From: Eledone cirrhosa
Lineage: Eukaryota
Assembly (NCBI GenBank): GCA_964016885.1
Contig: OZ024740.1
Span: 70,432,001 to 70,496,000, forward strand
Direction of reading: 5' to 3'
DNA length: 64,000 nucleotides
Numbering within the stretch: position 1 is the stretch's first letter; the number at the start of each line of letters is the position of its first letter. The notes beneath the pieces were generated by a model. That model searched no databases and was not told the origin of the DNA. It saw nothing but the letters and a program-made list of their open reading frames with translations. A program made the translations under genes and the position numbers. Below, in pieces: positions 14,171 to 25,275 of the stretch.

Positions 14171-14545
14171 TCCTTCTCAGTGAAGCACATTTTACTCAAT
14201 TGGCACGACTGAGGGTGATGAATAAATATAGAAATACTATAGAAAAATGTAGTTATGCTAATTATAAATATCAACAATATAGATGAGGGGAAATACCTTG
14301 GTGGACCATTTTGCATACTAAATACAAATACAGTAGGATATCACATATGTTTTTCATATACTCACAAAACCTTGGACGCATTATCAGTATCGTATTCTGA
14401 AGTCACTGGATGTTTCGCGTTTTACAACATACACCCACATGCAGATGACACAACCGAGGTTGATCAAGTTTCAGTCTGTGTCGAAGAAACATATACATAC
14501 TATTGCCCTCACTGGTCTTTTCTCTTCATCCATAGTGATCTAGAG

Positions 14546-14712
14546 CAGGCATGTCAAACTAAGGGTCCCCCAAGGGCCACATGGGTCACATATGTGTTGT
14601 CTGAAGGCCACACATGACAACTAATTGCGCCCATTACAGCTAATATTTTTTTATTTTATATTACGCTCTCGCTGTAAAAACCTTTGTGAGGTCCGCATGT
14701 TTGACATGCCCG
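14546..14712. mobile_element. Non-autonomous hAT (Charlie-like) MITE
   Basis: TIRs CAGGCATGTCAAAC / GTTTGACATGCCCG, with a perfect 8-bp TSD ATCTAGAG at 14538-14545 and 14713-14720. Confidence 0.9.
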
Positions 14713-15407
14713 ATCTAGAGAGCCTCCATACTGATTACACGTTACTTATAATGGCTTTCCCCCTGCTTACTCCCGTCATTTCCAGAGTTTCGTAGTCTAT
14801 GCTAAGGGATCGAACAGCAAACGCTTGACTGCCAACCTTCATTAGCATGCACTTAACCTTCCACCCGTTTCTACTCCTGGTATGTAGTATACTGGATTGA
14901 AAAATTGCGATCAACTAAGATTATTCAATCATTTAACAAAAACTCACTCTATGAGTGTTTAAAATTTAGAGCAAAAAAAAACCAACTATTAAGGAAGTTA
15001 ACACCAATATGGTCGGCTAATCGAAAAAATGTTGAAAAATATAGACGAAGCAGATTTGAGTGGATCTGGTCTTTAAAGCCAACCGGTGACATCAGTGATT
15101 CTAAACGCTTATATATATCATCTATTCCCTTATTTTAATGTATTTGCCTTTTAAATCCATGAAGAAAATAGACTAAACACTAGTATATATAGCAAGCATC
15201 AATATTTGTTATGATTTCGGTAAAGACACTATACTGTTTCGTTATATATGTATAAGGCAGCCTATTGGCAGAATCGTTAGAGCGTCAGGTAAAATGCCTT
15301 GTGGTATTCATTCTGGCCTTCTGCTCTCTAAGATCAACTATCGCTGGTGTTAATTTCGCGTCTTTCCCCATTTTGAAGTCAATAAAGACAAGCTCTGTAG
15401 TCGCATC

Positions 15408-15528
<121 letters not shown>

Positions 15529-16657
15529 ATACTCTCATTCTTACTCTTGTGTTGTGCCAGATTATTGTGGTTGTGTCTGTATTGATAGTGTAGGAGTGTG
15601 GCATTGTTTTAGTTGTGTTAGTTGGTTGTGTTGGTATAGTTGGTTGCGTTTGTGTAATTGATTAGTTAATTAGTAGAGTTAGTGTAATTAAATGTGTATA
15701 TGTATCTATGGTCGTGTTGATATAACTAATTAATTAGTTGTGGTGGTGTGTGTGTGTGTGTGTGTGTGTTTTCGTATGTTCGGCTCTTCCGTGTTCGGAC
15801 ACATTGGTAAGCACTTGGAATTTGGTTTATCGAAATATAACACCTCACTCTTATTTCAACTAACCTGGATCTTCTTACAAACTGCATGAACTCTCTTGCT
15901 CTTGACAGTAACACATTAGGTTCTGTTGTCTCAAGATGTTCCATTCAGTTCAACTCAGGTGTCTAATGTTATATATAATATTTAAGTAGCAGTTAGCATG
16001 TTAATGTGTAAATTGTATCAAATTTATAGTGTTAGCGTGTCTATTCGAAATTGGATATCTACTCGGCACCTTGGAACTCTTCGCCCATGGATTACCCACG
16101 GATTTCCCGCGGAATTCAAATTGCTAGATTTTATAAACATATATATGTGCTGGTCTCTGATATTTTCGCTCACACTAAACATATAGAACATAAAGATTGC
16201 TGGTATTTAGCCCCAGGTCAATCCCGGTCGAGGAGGCTTATGATCAAAAACGCGTCAGTTTTAAAAAAATGTCGTTTTCTCTGTGTTTTTCCTAAAATAT
16301 CTAGTATTGTGTTTCCTAAACTTGCTTTGATTCGCAACTCTTATAAAAAAAACGTCCGAAAACTGTAGAACCCATACCTGTATCATATGGACAATCCCCA
16401 CCACTCGAATTGTCAAAAGATATTAAATGAAACAAAAATGAAATTTATTCATTTTAAGCAACAACAAAGAAACAAACAAACAACAAAAACAACAAAACAA
16501 CAACTGATTTTTTTTAATTAAATCTTATGAAAGCACCTTGTTTCACAGAATAACAGGTTTTATAATACGGGGCCACTAAATGTTCCTCAGAATCCTCTTG
16601 GGGAAACATTCATCTAGATCTACATTTACCATTGTGACCTCCGTTATTTTGAAGCCT

Positions 16658-16835
16658 GTATCGGTAGAAGGTCGGACGCCATGCTTTGTAGCATAGAGTT
16701 ATGGCCCTTTACGTTCTGAGTTCAAATCCCGCCGAGGTTAACTTTGCTTTTCATCCTTGCGGGGTAGATAAAATAAAGTACCAGTAATGCACTGGCTTAA
16801 TTGCTGGCCTTGTGCCAAAAGTAGAAACAATTATT
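16658..16835 (+). mobile_element. SINE family S1
   Basis: B-box GAGTTCAAATCC, S1 body and tail. TTATTTTGAAGCCTGTA occurs at both ends. Confidence 0.85.
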
Positions 16836-17269
16836 TTGAAGCCTGTAGGGGTGTGACTTGAGGGAACTTTAGCTGCAAGTTATAGCAAGTCTAGGGAATA
16901 TGTAGGGTTGGAGCTGTCTAATTTCACTCTCCACCCGTCACTTTTATAACAAAATAAGTCAACAGCCAAGACCAGACGACACATCAATTCTTTCATGGCG
17001 TAGAAAGAGATAGGGGTGAGTGTGGCCGTGGTAGGAGTGAGTAAGTGAGAGAAAGAAAGGCAAAATCATTAAGTGTTCATAGTATGATGAAAGTGGAAGG
17101 AGAGGAAGAGACGTAGAAGACAGAACACATAGGTTAGAGGAAGAGAGAGAGAGGATGAAGAGGTGGAGGCAGAGGAAGAGAAATAAGAAACATAATACAT
17201 AAATGGATAAAGGAGAATAGGGAGGAAAAGGGAAAGTGGGAGTGAATTAAGGCAACTTCATGGGTAAAC

Positions 17270-17480
17270 AGCTATGTGTGTGTATGGCGAGGTTAGCTCT
17301 GTGTATGTGTGTGTATGGCGAGGTTAACTCTATATGTATGTGTGTGTATGACGAGCTTAACTATGTATGTGTGTGTGTGTACGGTGAGGTTAACTCTGTA
17401 TGTATATGTGTGGGTGTATGTATGGTGAGGTTAACTCCGCAAGTATATGTGTGTGTGTGGCGAGGTTAACTCTATGTATG
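17270..17480. repeat. ~28-36-bp minisatellite (GTGTATGGCGAGGTTAACTCT(TG)n), about 6 units
   Basis: Repeated GAGGTTAACT core separated by TG-rich spacers. Confidence 0.8.
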
Positions 17481-17754
17481 TATTTGTGTAAGTGTAGGTG
17501 TACATATGCATGTGTTTACATATCCACACAGACACATATATATATGCTTCTGTATGTATGTGTCTGTGTCTGTGTCTGTTTTTGCAATATAATAACGATA
17601 AAGATAAAAGATAAATAACGTTAAGTAACCTAAATGAACGAGGAAAGAAAGTAAGAGAGAAAAAGTGACAAGGTAGGATGAGTAGAAGACTGTAAAGGTA
17701 ATGGTGGCAAGTTGGGTCTACCATCATCCTTCCCTCTCTCCCTCTCTATCTGTT

Positions 17755-17799
<45 letters not shown>

Positions 17800-17808
17800 T
17801 ATATACAT

Positions 17809-17841
<33 letters not shown>

Positions 17842-17867
17842 CGCACATATACATATAAATATATATC

Positions 17868-17947
<80 letters not shown>

Positions 17948-18000
17948 CATATGTATATATATATATGTGTGTATATATAGATATGTAGATATATACATGT

Positions 18001-18049
<49 letters not shown>

Positions 18050-18160
18050 GTTATTCCGGGTTGAATCGGAGGTAACCACAGTAAGTAAGGTACTCAATAC
18101 ATTGCAGGGTATAATAGTTTTAATATAGATGAGATTCTACAGGACTAGAACTGTTTCATT

Positions 18161-18242
<82 letters not shown>

Positions 18243-18581
18243 ATATGTATATGTATAAAATATGTTTTTTTATATATAAATATATATTATATATATAATT
18301 TGTTTTCTTTTATTGTGATTAGAGTAGATCACAGAGTGTAAAAGGGTGATTATCACGTGAACAGCTGGAATGATTTTCATTGGTTGCTTTAATTTTCCTA
18401 GTCGAGTAATTTATTTTTCATCTTTTTTCTTAAGCTGTTTGTACCGATTGATATTAACCCCCTCTTCCCACCTGTCTCTCTCATCCAATTTTCTTTTCTT
18501 CTTCATTTTACTTCTTACTACAGTTTAAAATGTGATGGTAAGGAAGGAAAGAAGGAAGAAAAATAAGCATTGGAAGAAATA

Positions 18582-18766
18582 TAATTGTTTCTACAATAGG
18601 CACAAGGCCAGCAATTATCACAGTGTATTACTGGTACTTTTTATTTTATCGACCCCCGTTAGGATGAAAGGCAAAGTTAACCTCGACGGGATTTGAACTC
18701 AGAATGGCAAGGGCCGTAACTCTATGCTGGAAAGCATGGCGTCCGACCCTCTACCGATACTGCCAA
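18582..18766 (-). mobile_element. SINE family S1
   Basis: Reverse complement of the S1 consensus. Confidence 0.85.
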
Positions 18767-18845
18767 AAGAAATGTAATATTTATAAATTCACTCTCTTTA
18801 TTATATATGTAGTTTGGCTAAATGGTTAAGATTTTCGCTTCTTAA

Positions 18846-19066
18846 ACCCTGTAACATTTACATTATTCTATATATATACTATCATATTTTCACGGTTAAG
18901 GCTTTACCACACATAATTTTCTCACATATCGTATCTATGAGATTTTGATATTATTTATTTTGAGAACAATACATTAACATCAGTATGAGCAGCGGGATTA
19001 CGTCGGTTTGAACAGAAAGCGGTGAGAGAATTCTGGCCGGTTACAGCCAGTTTAAATGCTAAAGGG
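18846..19066. mobile_element. piggyBac-like non-autonomous element
   Basis: Flanked by TTAA (18842-18845, 19067-19070). Imperfect TIRs CCCTGTAACATTTA / TAAATGCTAAAGGG. It appears to interrupt a decayed tRNA-SINE head. Confidence 0.55.
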
Positions 19067-19438
19067 TTAATCATGAGGCTACGTATTTTGTTCCATTACG
19101 TGAAGTCTTGGATACGTTTCATATACCAACGTTTCATATACAATCGATCTAAGCCTTGTAAATGTCTGAGGTAAATGGTCTCTACATAGAGACCATTTAC
19201 ATCAGACATTTACCTCAGCAATTCAAAGGGCCAGAATTGTCATACATTGACACGCGCAATGTCCCGGAAAATTGAACAAAGGTTACATGTCCGATTTTCT
19301 TTTACTGACATGGTTCGCTTCATCCCATGGTTTCTGTTTCAGTTCCTCTGTGTGGTTTCTTGGATAAATGTCTTCTTGAGTTTGATCAATGCATTTTGAA
19401 TGAAATTTAGTAGACTGAAACTGTGCAGAAGGTCGTAG

Positions 19439-19486
<48 letters not shown>

Positions 19487-19488
<2 letters not shown>

Positions 19489-19830
19489 ACCTGTGCGAAA
19501 TTCTTTCCTTACTCACATTCCGACCAGGTTGGATGGTCTTTATTCTCTCTCGTCCACGATTTCACAGAACTTATGTTCATCGATTTCAGGGACTTGACTC
19601 CTTCTTCCTCACTTTTCGTTGCATTACTATCTTTGTTTGTATACTGTCTCGCTCGTTCCCCCGATTTACGTGTCCCAACGACTTTCTTTAGCCGTTGCTC
19701 GCACCAACCAGAGGTATATGGTCTTTGAAGCGATGAAATACCAATGAAGGTTGGAAGATCACTGATGAAGGACTAAATTTATTCATCTGTAACCCATTTG
19801 CAACCACGCAGCACGCCATGTTTTCGTGTG
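19487..19830 (+). repeat. Copy of the 9155/21880 repeat family
   Basis: Direct similarity to the other copies; (TA)n on both sides. Confidence 0.75.
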
Positions 19831-19854
19831 TATACATATATATATATATATATA

Positions 19855-20022
19855 TTGTTATACTTGGGGAGAGTCATATTGTTGTAATAATATTGCCAGA
19901 ATTAATAACAGAACACACTCACTGTTTTGGTTGGTTTTCGCTTCTGTATCTTTTATATCTCCATAGTTAATTTATTTGGCAATCAATGTTTATCATTGAT
20001 TGACCAACGGTTAAAAATACAG

Positions 20023-20067
<45 letters not shown>

Positions 20068-20935
20068 ATCAAAGTTCTTTCGTTGCACATCTGCAACATC
20101 ATCAGTGGTACTATTATCATGTTCCCTCCTATTGTATTGTAATGTTTACGCCATTTTTATTTTATTTATTTATTTTTGTCTCCGTCTCTGCGCATGCGTT
20201 TGCGTGAGTGTATAATGTTTGGTGTGTGTGTTCGTGTTTGAGTGTATGTGTTTTGGTTTTTGAATTCTATCTTTGTTTACTAGTATGTGTTTGTTGTTAT
20301 TGTTCTTGTGTATATATTTATTTATTTATTTATATTTCCCTTATGTCAGCATTGTTTGTTTGGGTGTGGTTGTTGTTTTTCTGTTTAACTTTGGTTTTCT
20401 AAGCTCTATTTCACTTGCTTCTCTGATTTGTCTACATGTTGGGTCATTTCTATGTTTAGATATTATTCTAATTTCTATGTTGTCTATATTACCGTCATGT
20501 CTTTGTCTGGCGTGTTCGTATAGTACTGAGCCCTTCTTTTTTTTTTTGTCCTTTTAATTCGCCCTAGTGTTGGTCAATTCTTTCTCCTATGCTCCGAGCT
20601 GTCTCACCTATGTATGTTGTTGTCATGTTTCTGCAAGTACCTTCTGTACATATTGTGCTATAGGCTACATTTCTAGTTTTACAGTTTATCTAGGGGTTCA
20701 TTTTACATATAACACATTTCGTATAAGTACAGTGGGGTTTCTTAAAGGGGTTTGTCTTGCTGCTCCGCGATGTTATGGTAGTTCCTGGCTTTTCTACCAC
20801 TTTAATCTTTAAATGGGTCTTTCTAAGGACTTTTCTACATTGGTTAGCTAATTTCCCCCCCAGGGGTAGCATCCAACAACATGATACTCTGGTATATCTG
20901 GTTGTTGTACCATGAAGTGGCTTTCCCTATCTTAT
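19855..20935 (-). mobile_element. Decayed Penelope-like element: GIY-YIG remnant plus pseudo-LTR
   Basis: The minus strand encodes TNPFKKPHC..CVICK..NCKTRNVAY..YIGETARSIGERIDQH. Hammerhead motif at ~20066-20112. The terminus TATTGTTATACTTGGGGAGAGTCAT resembles 52112. Confidence 0.8.
20066..20112 (-). ncRNA. Minimal type I hammerhead ribozyme motif
   Basis: CUGAUGA-U-GUUGCA-gaug-UGCAAC-GAAA-GAAC-UU. Helix II has 6 bp; helix I is imperfect. Confidence 0.65.
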
Positions 20936-21171
20936 GTTTAGTGTCCATTTCTATGAGGGTCTTATACTTCAAAAAAAGTCTAAGGTCTCTCTTAAGCCAG
21001 AAGGCTCATTTGGCCGGTGCTTATCCCGGTTTCATGGCGTGAAGCGACTGGGAGTACAAGACACCCCCAGGTCTTATACCTATATATATATATATATATA
21101 TAAATATATAGTAGTGATCCTAGACGAGATCTAATTGTCAGGCTCGTTATAATCAATGTGTGTATATATAT

Positions 21172-21379
21172 ACATGGGGCGTTGGAGGCATTTCCGAATG
21201 ATGGGGGAGGGGGGGGGAAATTTGCTCAATTTATTTGTAGTGATTAGTTTTACCTCTTTGCACTCTAAAATGGTCAGAAAACTTCGATATGGGATAAACA
21301 TAACATGTACATAAATTGTAGTGTATATCCAAATAGATGTGTGTTTTGGTAATTTGGGGATAAAGTTCCACCTCCCCTG

Positions 21380-21382
<3 letters not shown>
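21172..21382 (-). mobile_element. hAT-like MITE (both ends present)
   Basis: Termini CATGGGGCGTTGGA / TTCCACCTCCCCTG in TA context; same family as 1636, 6310 and 29095. Confidence 0.6.
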
Positions 21383-21425
<43 letters not shown>

Positions 21426-21546
21426 ATTGTGTTTAAAGTTTGCTCTGTATCCTTTCCTAAGGAGTTAATATATCGAGCTTCTTCGCATTTGGTAAGAAAC
21501 TAGTATTAAGCCCAATTTATTCATCTCTAATATATATGTATATATA

Positions 21547-21610
<64 letters not shown>

Positions 21611-21742
21611 AATATATACATATATTTCGTTCTTACTGCTTCCTCTTTCTTTGTATCTTTACCCTCTCTAACAGTCACTTTCTCTGTTAGCCTCTTCCTC
21701 ACCCTTCACTCACTCACTCACTCTCTGCTACAACCTCTCCTA

Positions 21743-22212
21743 CTTCCTCCCGTTTGACCTGTGCGTAATTCTTTTCTCTCGCACGCTTGACCAGGCTGGT
21801 TCCCCTTTTCTCTCTCTCGTCTACGATTTCACAGAACTTATGTTCACCGAATTCACGGACTGGACTCCTTCTTCCTCCCGTTTGACCTGTGCGGAATTCC
21901 TTCCTTGCTCACATTCCGACTAGGTTTGATGGTCTTTATTCTCTCTCGTTCACGATTTCACCGAACTTATATTCATGGAAATCTGGGACTTGACTCTTTC
22001 TTCCTAACTTTTCGTTGGTTTACCATCTTTGTTTGTTTACACTCTCGCTCGTTCCCCTTATTTACGTGTCACGACGACTTTCTTTAGCCGTTGCTCGCAC
22101 CAACCGGAGGTATATGGTTTTTAAAGCGATGAAATACCAATGATGGTTGGAAGATCACTGATGAAGGACTAACTTTATTCATATGTAACCCATTTGCAAC
22201 CACGCAGCACGT
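21743..22212 (+). repeat. Copy of the 9155/19487 family with an internal ~128-bp tandem duplication
   Basis: CTTCCTCCCGTTTGACCTGTGCG occurs at ~21743 and ~21871. Confidence 0.75.
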
Positions 22213-22225
22213 TTGTTCTCATATT

Positions 22226-22287
<62 letters not shown>

Positions 22288-22295
22288 GTGTGTAC

Positions 22296-22444
22296 ATTCA
22301 ATTATTATGGCTATTGGTGAGCTTTGTTACTCTAAAGTTTCACCTGCGAACTCGGAGGATCACCAGTCTTGTCTGATGGTCCTGTGAGTACGCAGGTGAA
22401 ACTCCAGAGTAACAAAGGTCATCACTTAGCCGTCATAAATGAAT
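22296..22444. ncRNA. Imperfect palindrome made of two divergent hammerhead ribozyme motifs
   Basis: Plus strand 22369-22415: UUGU-CUGAUGG-U-CCUGUG-agua-CGCAGG-U-GAAA-CUCCAGAG-UA-ACAA. Minus arm: CUGGUGA-U-CCUCCG-aguu-CGCAGG-U-GAAA-CUUUAGAG-UA-ACAA. Confidence 0.7.
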
Positions 22445-23059
22445 ATTTAAATATTGAGTTTTCCTTCTTAAGTCCGTCAATAATTCACGTACTCTCAGGT
22501 CTTGAATAATGCGCCCCACCCCACCCCACCCCACCCCACGCTTATTAATTTTTCAGACCCTCCCTTCCCTTTTTTTTCTATTCCAACATCCCCGCTTATT
22601 AAATGTTGCTAATCTAACACCATCGAAATTTTATTGTAAGTGATTCATATTGATACAACAGCTGGAGAATATAATAATTATTTTATTTTACATTGAAATA
22701 TATATATATACAATATATTAACAAATGGAAACTATATTTATAAAGCCATATTTATTTCATTATACATATTTCAAGGACACCAAAGCAAATTATGGTGCGC
22801 TTTCATCAGATAAATATAATATAGATCAGTTTTATAAACAAATATTGACATACCCTTAAAGAATGCGACCATGTCGGTTGGAAGCTCCCGGATAGATATA
22901 AATATGGTTTTATAAATATAGTTTCCATATTGTATTTTTACTCCAAAAATTTGTGGAGTGCTTTATATCAGTTATAAAAATATTTGCTTGCTGTATCCCA
23001 ACAAATTAAATATAACTTCTACATATATATATCGATTAGCAAAAAAATATATGTATCAA

Positions 23060-23271
23060 TTAACACCAAACTCTCCCCCTCTCTATATCAACTATACAGA
23101 AATCCCCCTCTTTATACTAATTACTATTTAAGCTCTCCTCTTCTCTATATCTCCTACACGGAACTCTCTTTCAATACCCCTCTCTCTATCTATTAACACT
23201 AGACTCTGCCATCTCTCTATATCTCCTACACGGAACTCTCTTCCAATACCCCTCTCTATATCTATTACCAC
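23060..23271. repeat. Degenerate ~30-33-bp minisatellite upstream of Tx1 copy 2
   Basis: Units such as CCTACACGGAACTCTCTTTCAATACCCCTCTCTATATC; inverse of 6145-6300. Confidence 0.7.
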
Positions 23272-23459
23272 TTGATATAGACGTGATTTACTTTGCTCCG
23301 GATTTTTACGGATTGTTGTCAAAAAAACTGTGAGTTTACTGATCAATTTAATAACATTGTTTGGTTTAGCCCCTTGCCTTGGCCGTCAGACGTTAAGTCA
23401 ACAAATTTTCGCCCCTTTCTGGGGCCAAATTTCATCTAAAAACTGTAGATTTGGTGGCA

Positions 23460-25233
23460 ATGGATGCCATTTCCACCTCGCACACTGTCGTGAGTGCCAC
23501 GCCCACTAAGAAAAGTGGTGGAGGGAAGGTAGAAGTACAAAGCTTGCAGCCGTCTCCCATCGTATCATCGAAAAACGTGGAAAATATCGAAACCGCGAAA
23601 CCAAACCCGGTAAATAATACCAGCACCAACAACAAGAACAATGACAACAACACCACAACCAACAACTGCAACAATAGCAACACCAATATTACCAATAGTG
23701 ACAGTAACACGAAAGACAACAACACTAAAATAACATTTGCACAGACTGTACAAGAAAACGAACTATACACGCCAATAGACATAAAAAATGCTAAACAACT
23801 ATTACAAGACGCAAAACAATTCGTGACTTTTGGCGAAAACGGTGCTTTTAGCATCAATTCTCCACAGGAATTACGTAGAGAGGCTGTCCTGAAAACTGTG
23901 GTTTTCAGGACAATATCGAACGTAACAAGAAAACCAGCTCAATTATCACAAAATGAAATTGTCCTGGTTCTAAAAGACGCAATGAAGGACTTAACCTTCA
24001 TACAAAAAGGTAAACTGTTTGGTAGCATTTCGGTGCTGACGAACAACCAGTCAACAGCTCAAAAGTACTCGATAGCACCCATTGTCCCCCCGCTTCACCT
24101 TTTACCCCACATACAGGGGGAAAAGGACACAAAGAATAAAAATAATGAGTATCACACCAAATGTAAACATTTGGTGGATACTATGTGGAATAATAAACTT
24201 TGACGAAGACCAGATAATTTCAATAGGAAAGTCCTCCAGAGGTGTATTTGGTGGGACCAGCGTAGAAGTTCTGGTGCAAATGAGCCCAGAACGAATAGCG
24301 AATATCCCACAACGCGTGCCTCTGGACGGGCTAACTTATATAAACATTTCAGTGGAGGGAAGGCGGCCGTCATGTTACCACTGCTTAAGCAGGGGTCACC
24401 TGAGGGCTGCCTGTCCTCAATTAATGAGTAAAAAAAAAAGGCTCTTCTGCCAACCCCGAACACAACAACACAACCACCACCACCACCACCACCACAACAA
24501 CAACACGAAAAAATAACAACACAAAACACTGTTCCACACAACCCCTCCCCACCTAAAACAAATACAAGAGCAACCACAACAAAACCCCAAAATATACCCC
24601 TCCCCAACAACACGGAAGAGGACTCCGTATCAACGTCACCCAGTGACGACGAGGGAGAACCCTTTCAACAGGTGAAAAGGAAGAAAAAAAAAGGCACCAC
24701 ATTAACAAAAATGCCACAAACACACAACCACCAGCACAAACAGAACAAACATCACAAATAAAAAAACCACCCCTCCCCAAAACATAACACGTACTACAAA
24801 ACGCAAACACGCGCAAGAACAACAAACAAAAACAAACACAACACAACAAAAACTCTATACATACATTAACAAGAACAATAAAACGTTGATGAAAGCGATA
24901 GAAAATAACCCTTCGGTGCAAACCGAAGGGATCACTTTCACCTACGCAGCGAACAAACCGCACCTAATGATGATTAGGGTCCCAACGGAAACCTATGTAA
25001 CTTTGAAAAAGAACCATCCAATGCATGTGGGGACCAACTGCACCAGACCACATAACAGCGTCCTATTGAGATGTTTCCCCACCCCCACACCAGACACCCA
25101 CACCCCACCAAACACCCTAATCCCACCACACACTGATGTCCTCACCCCACCACAAACCACCACCCCACCAAACAACCCTTCCAACACCCCCATGGAAATT
25201 GTGCAGCCTGGTCCCCAGGAGACGAAGAGGTAA
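23460..25233 (+). pseudogene. ORF1 (gag-like, CX2CX4HX4C), frameshifted
   Basis: Pieces 23451..24203, 24082..24516 and 24886..25233. The VEGRRP-C motif is shared with ORF1 at 42691..44139. Confidence 0.85.
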
Positions 25234-25275
25234 GTAATTTCCTTTCCTCTTCCTTTTTACCTCTTCAGCACCAAC

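Noticed and set aside
17270-23271. CRISPR-like look of the short tandem arrays at 17270 and 23060
   Set aside because: Eukaryotic context, no unique spacers, no cas genes; these are degenerate minisatellites.
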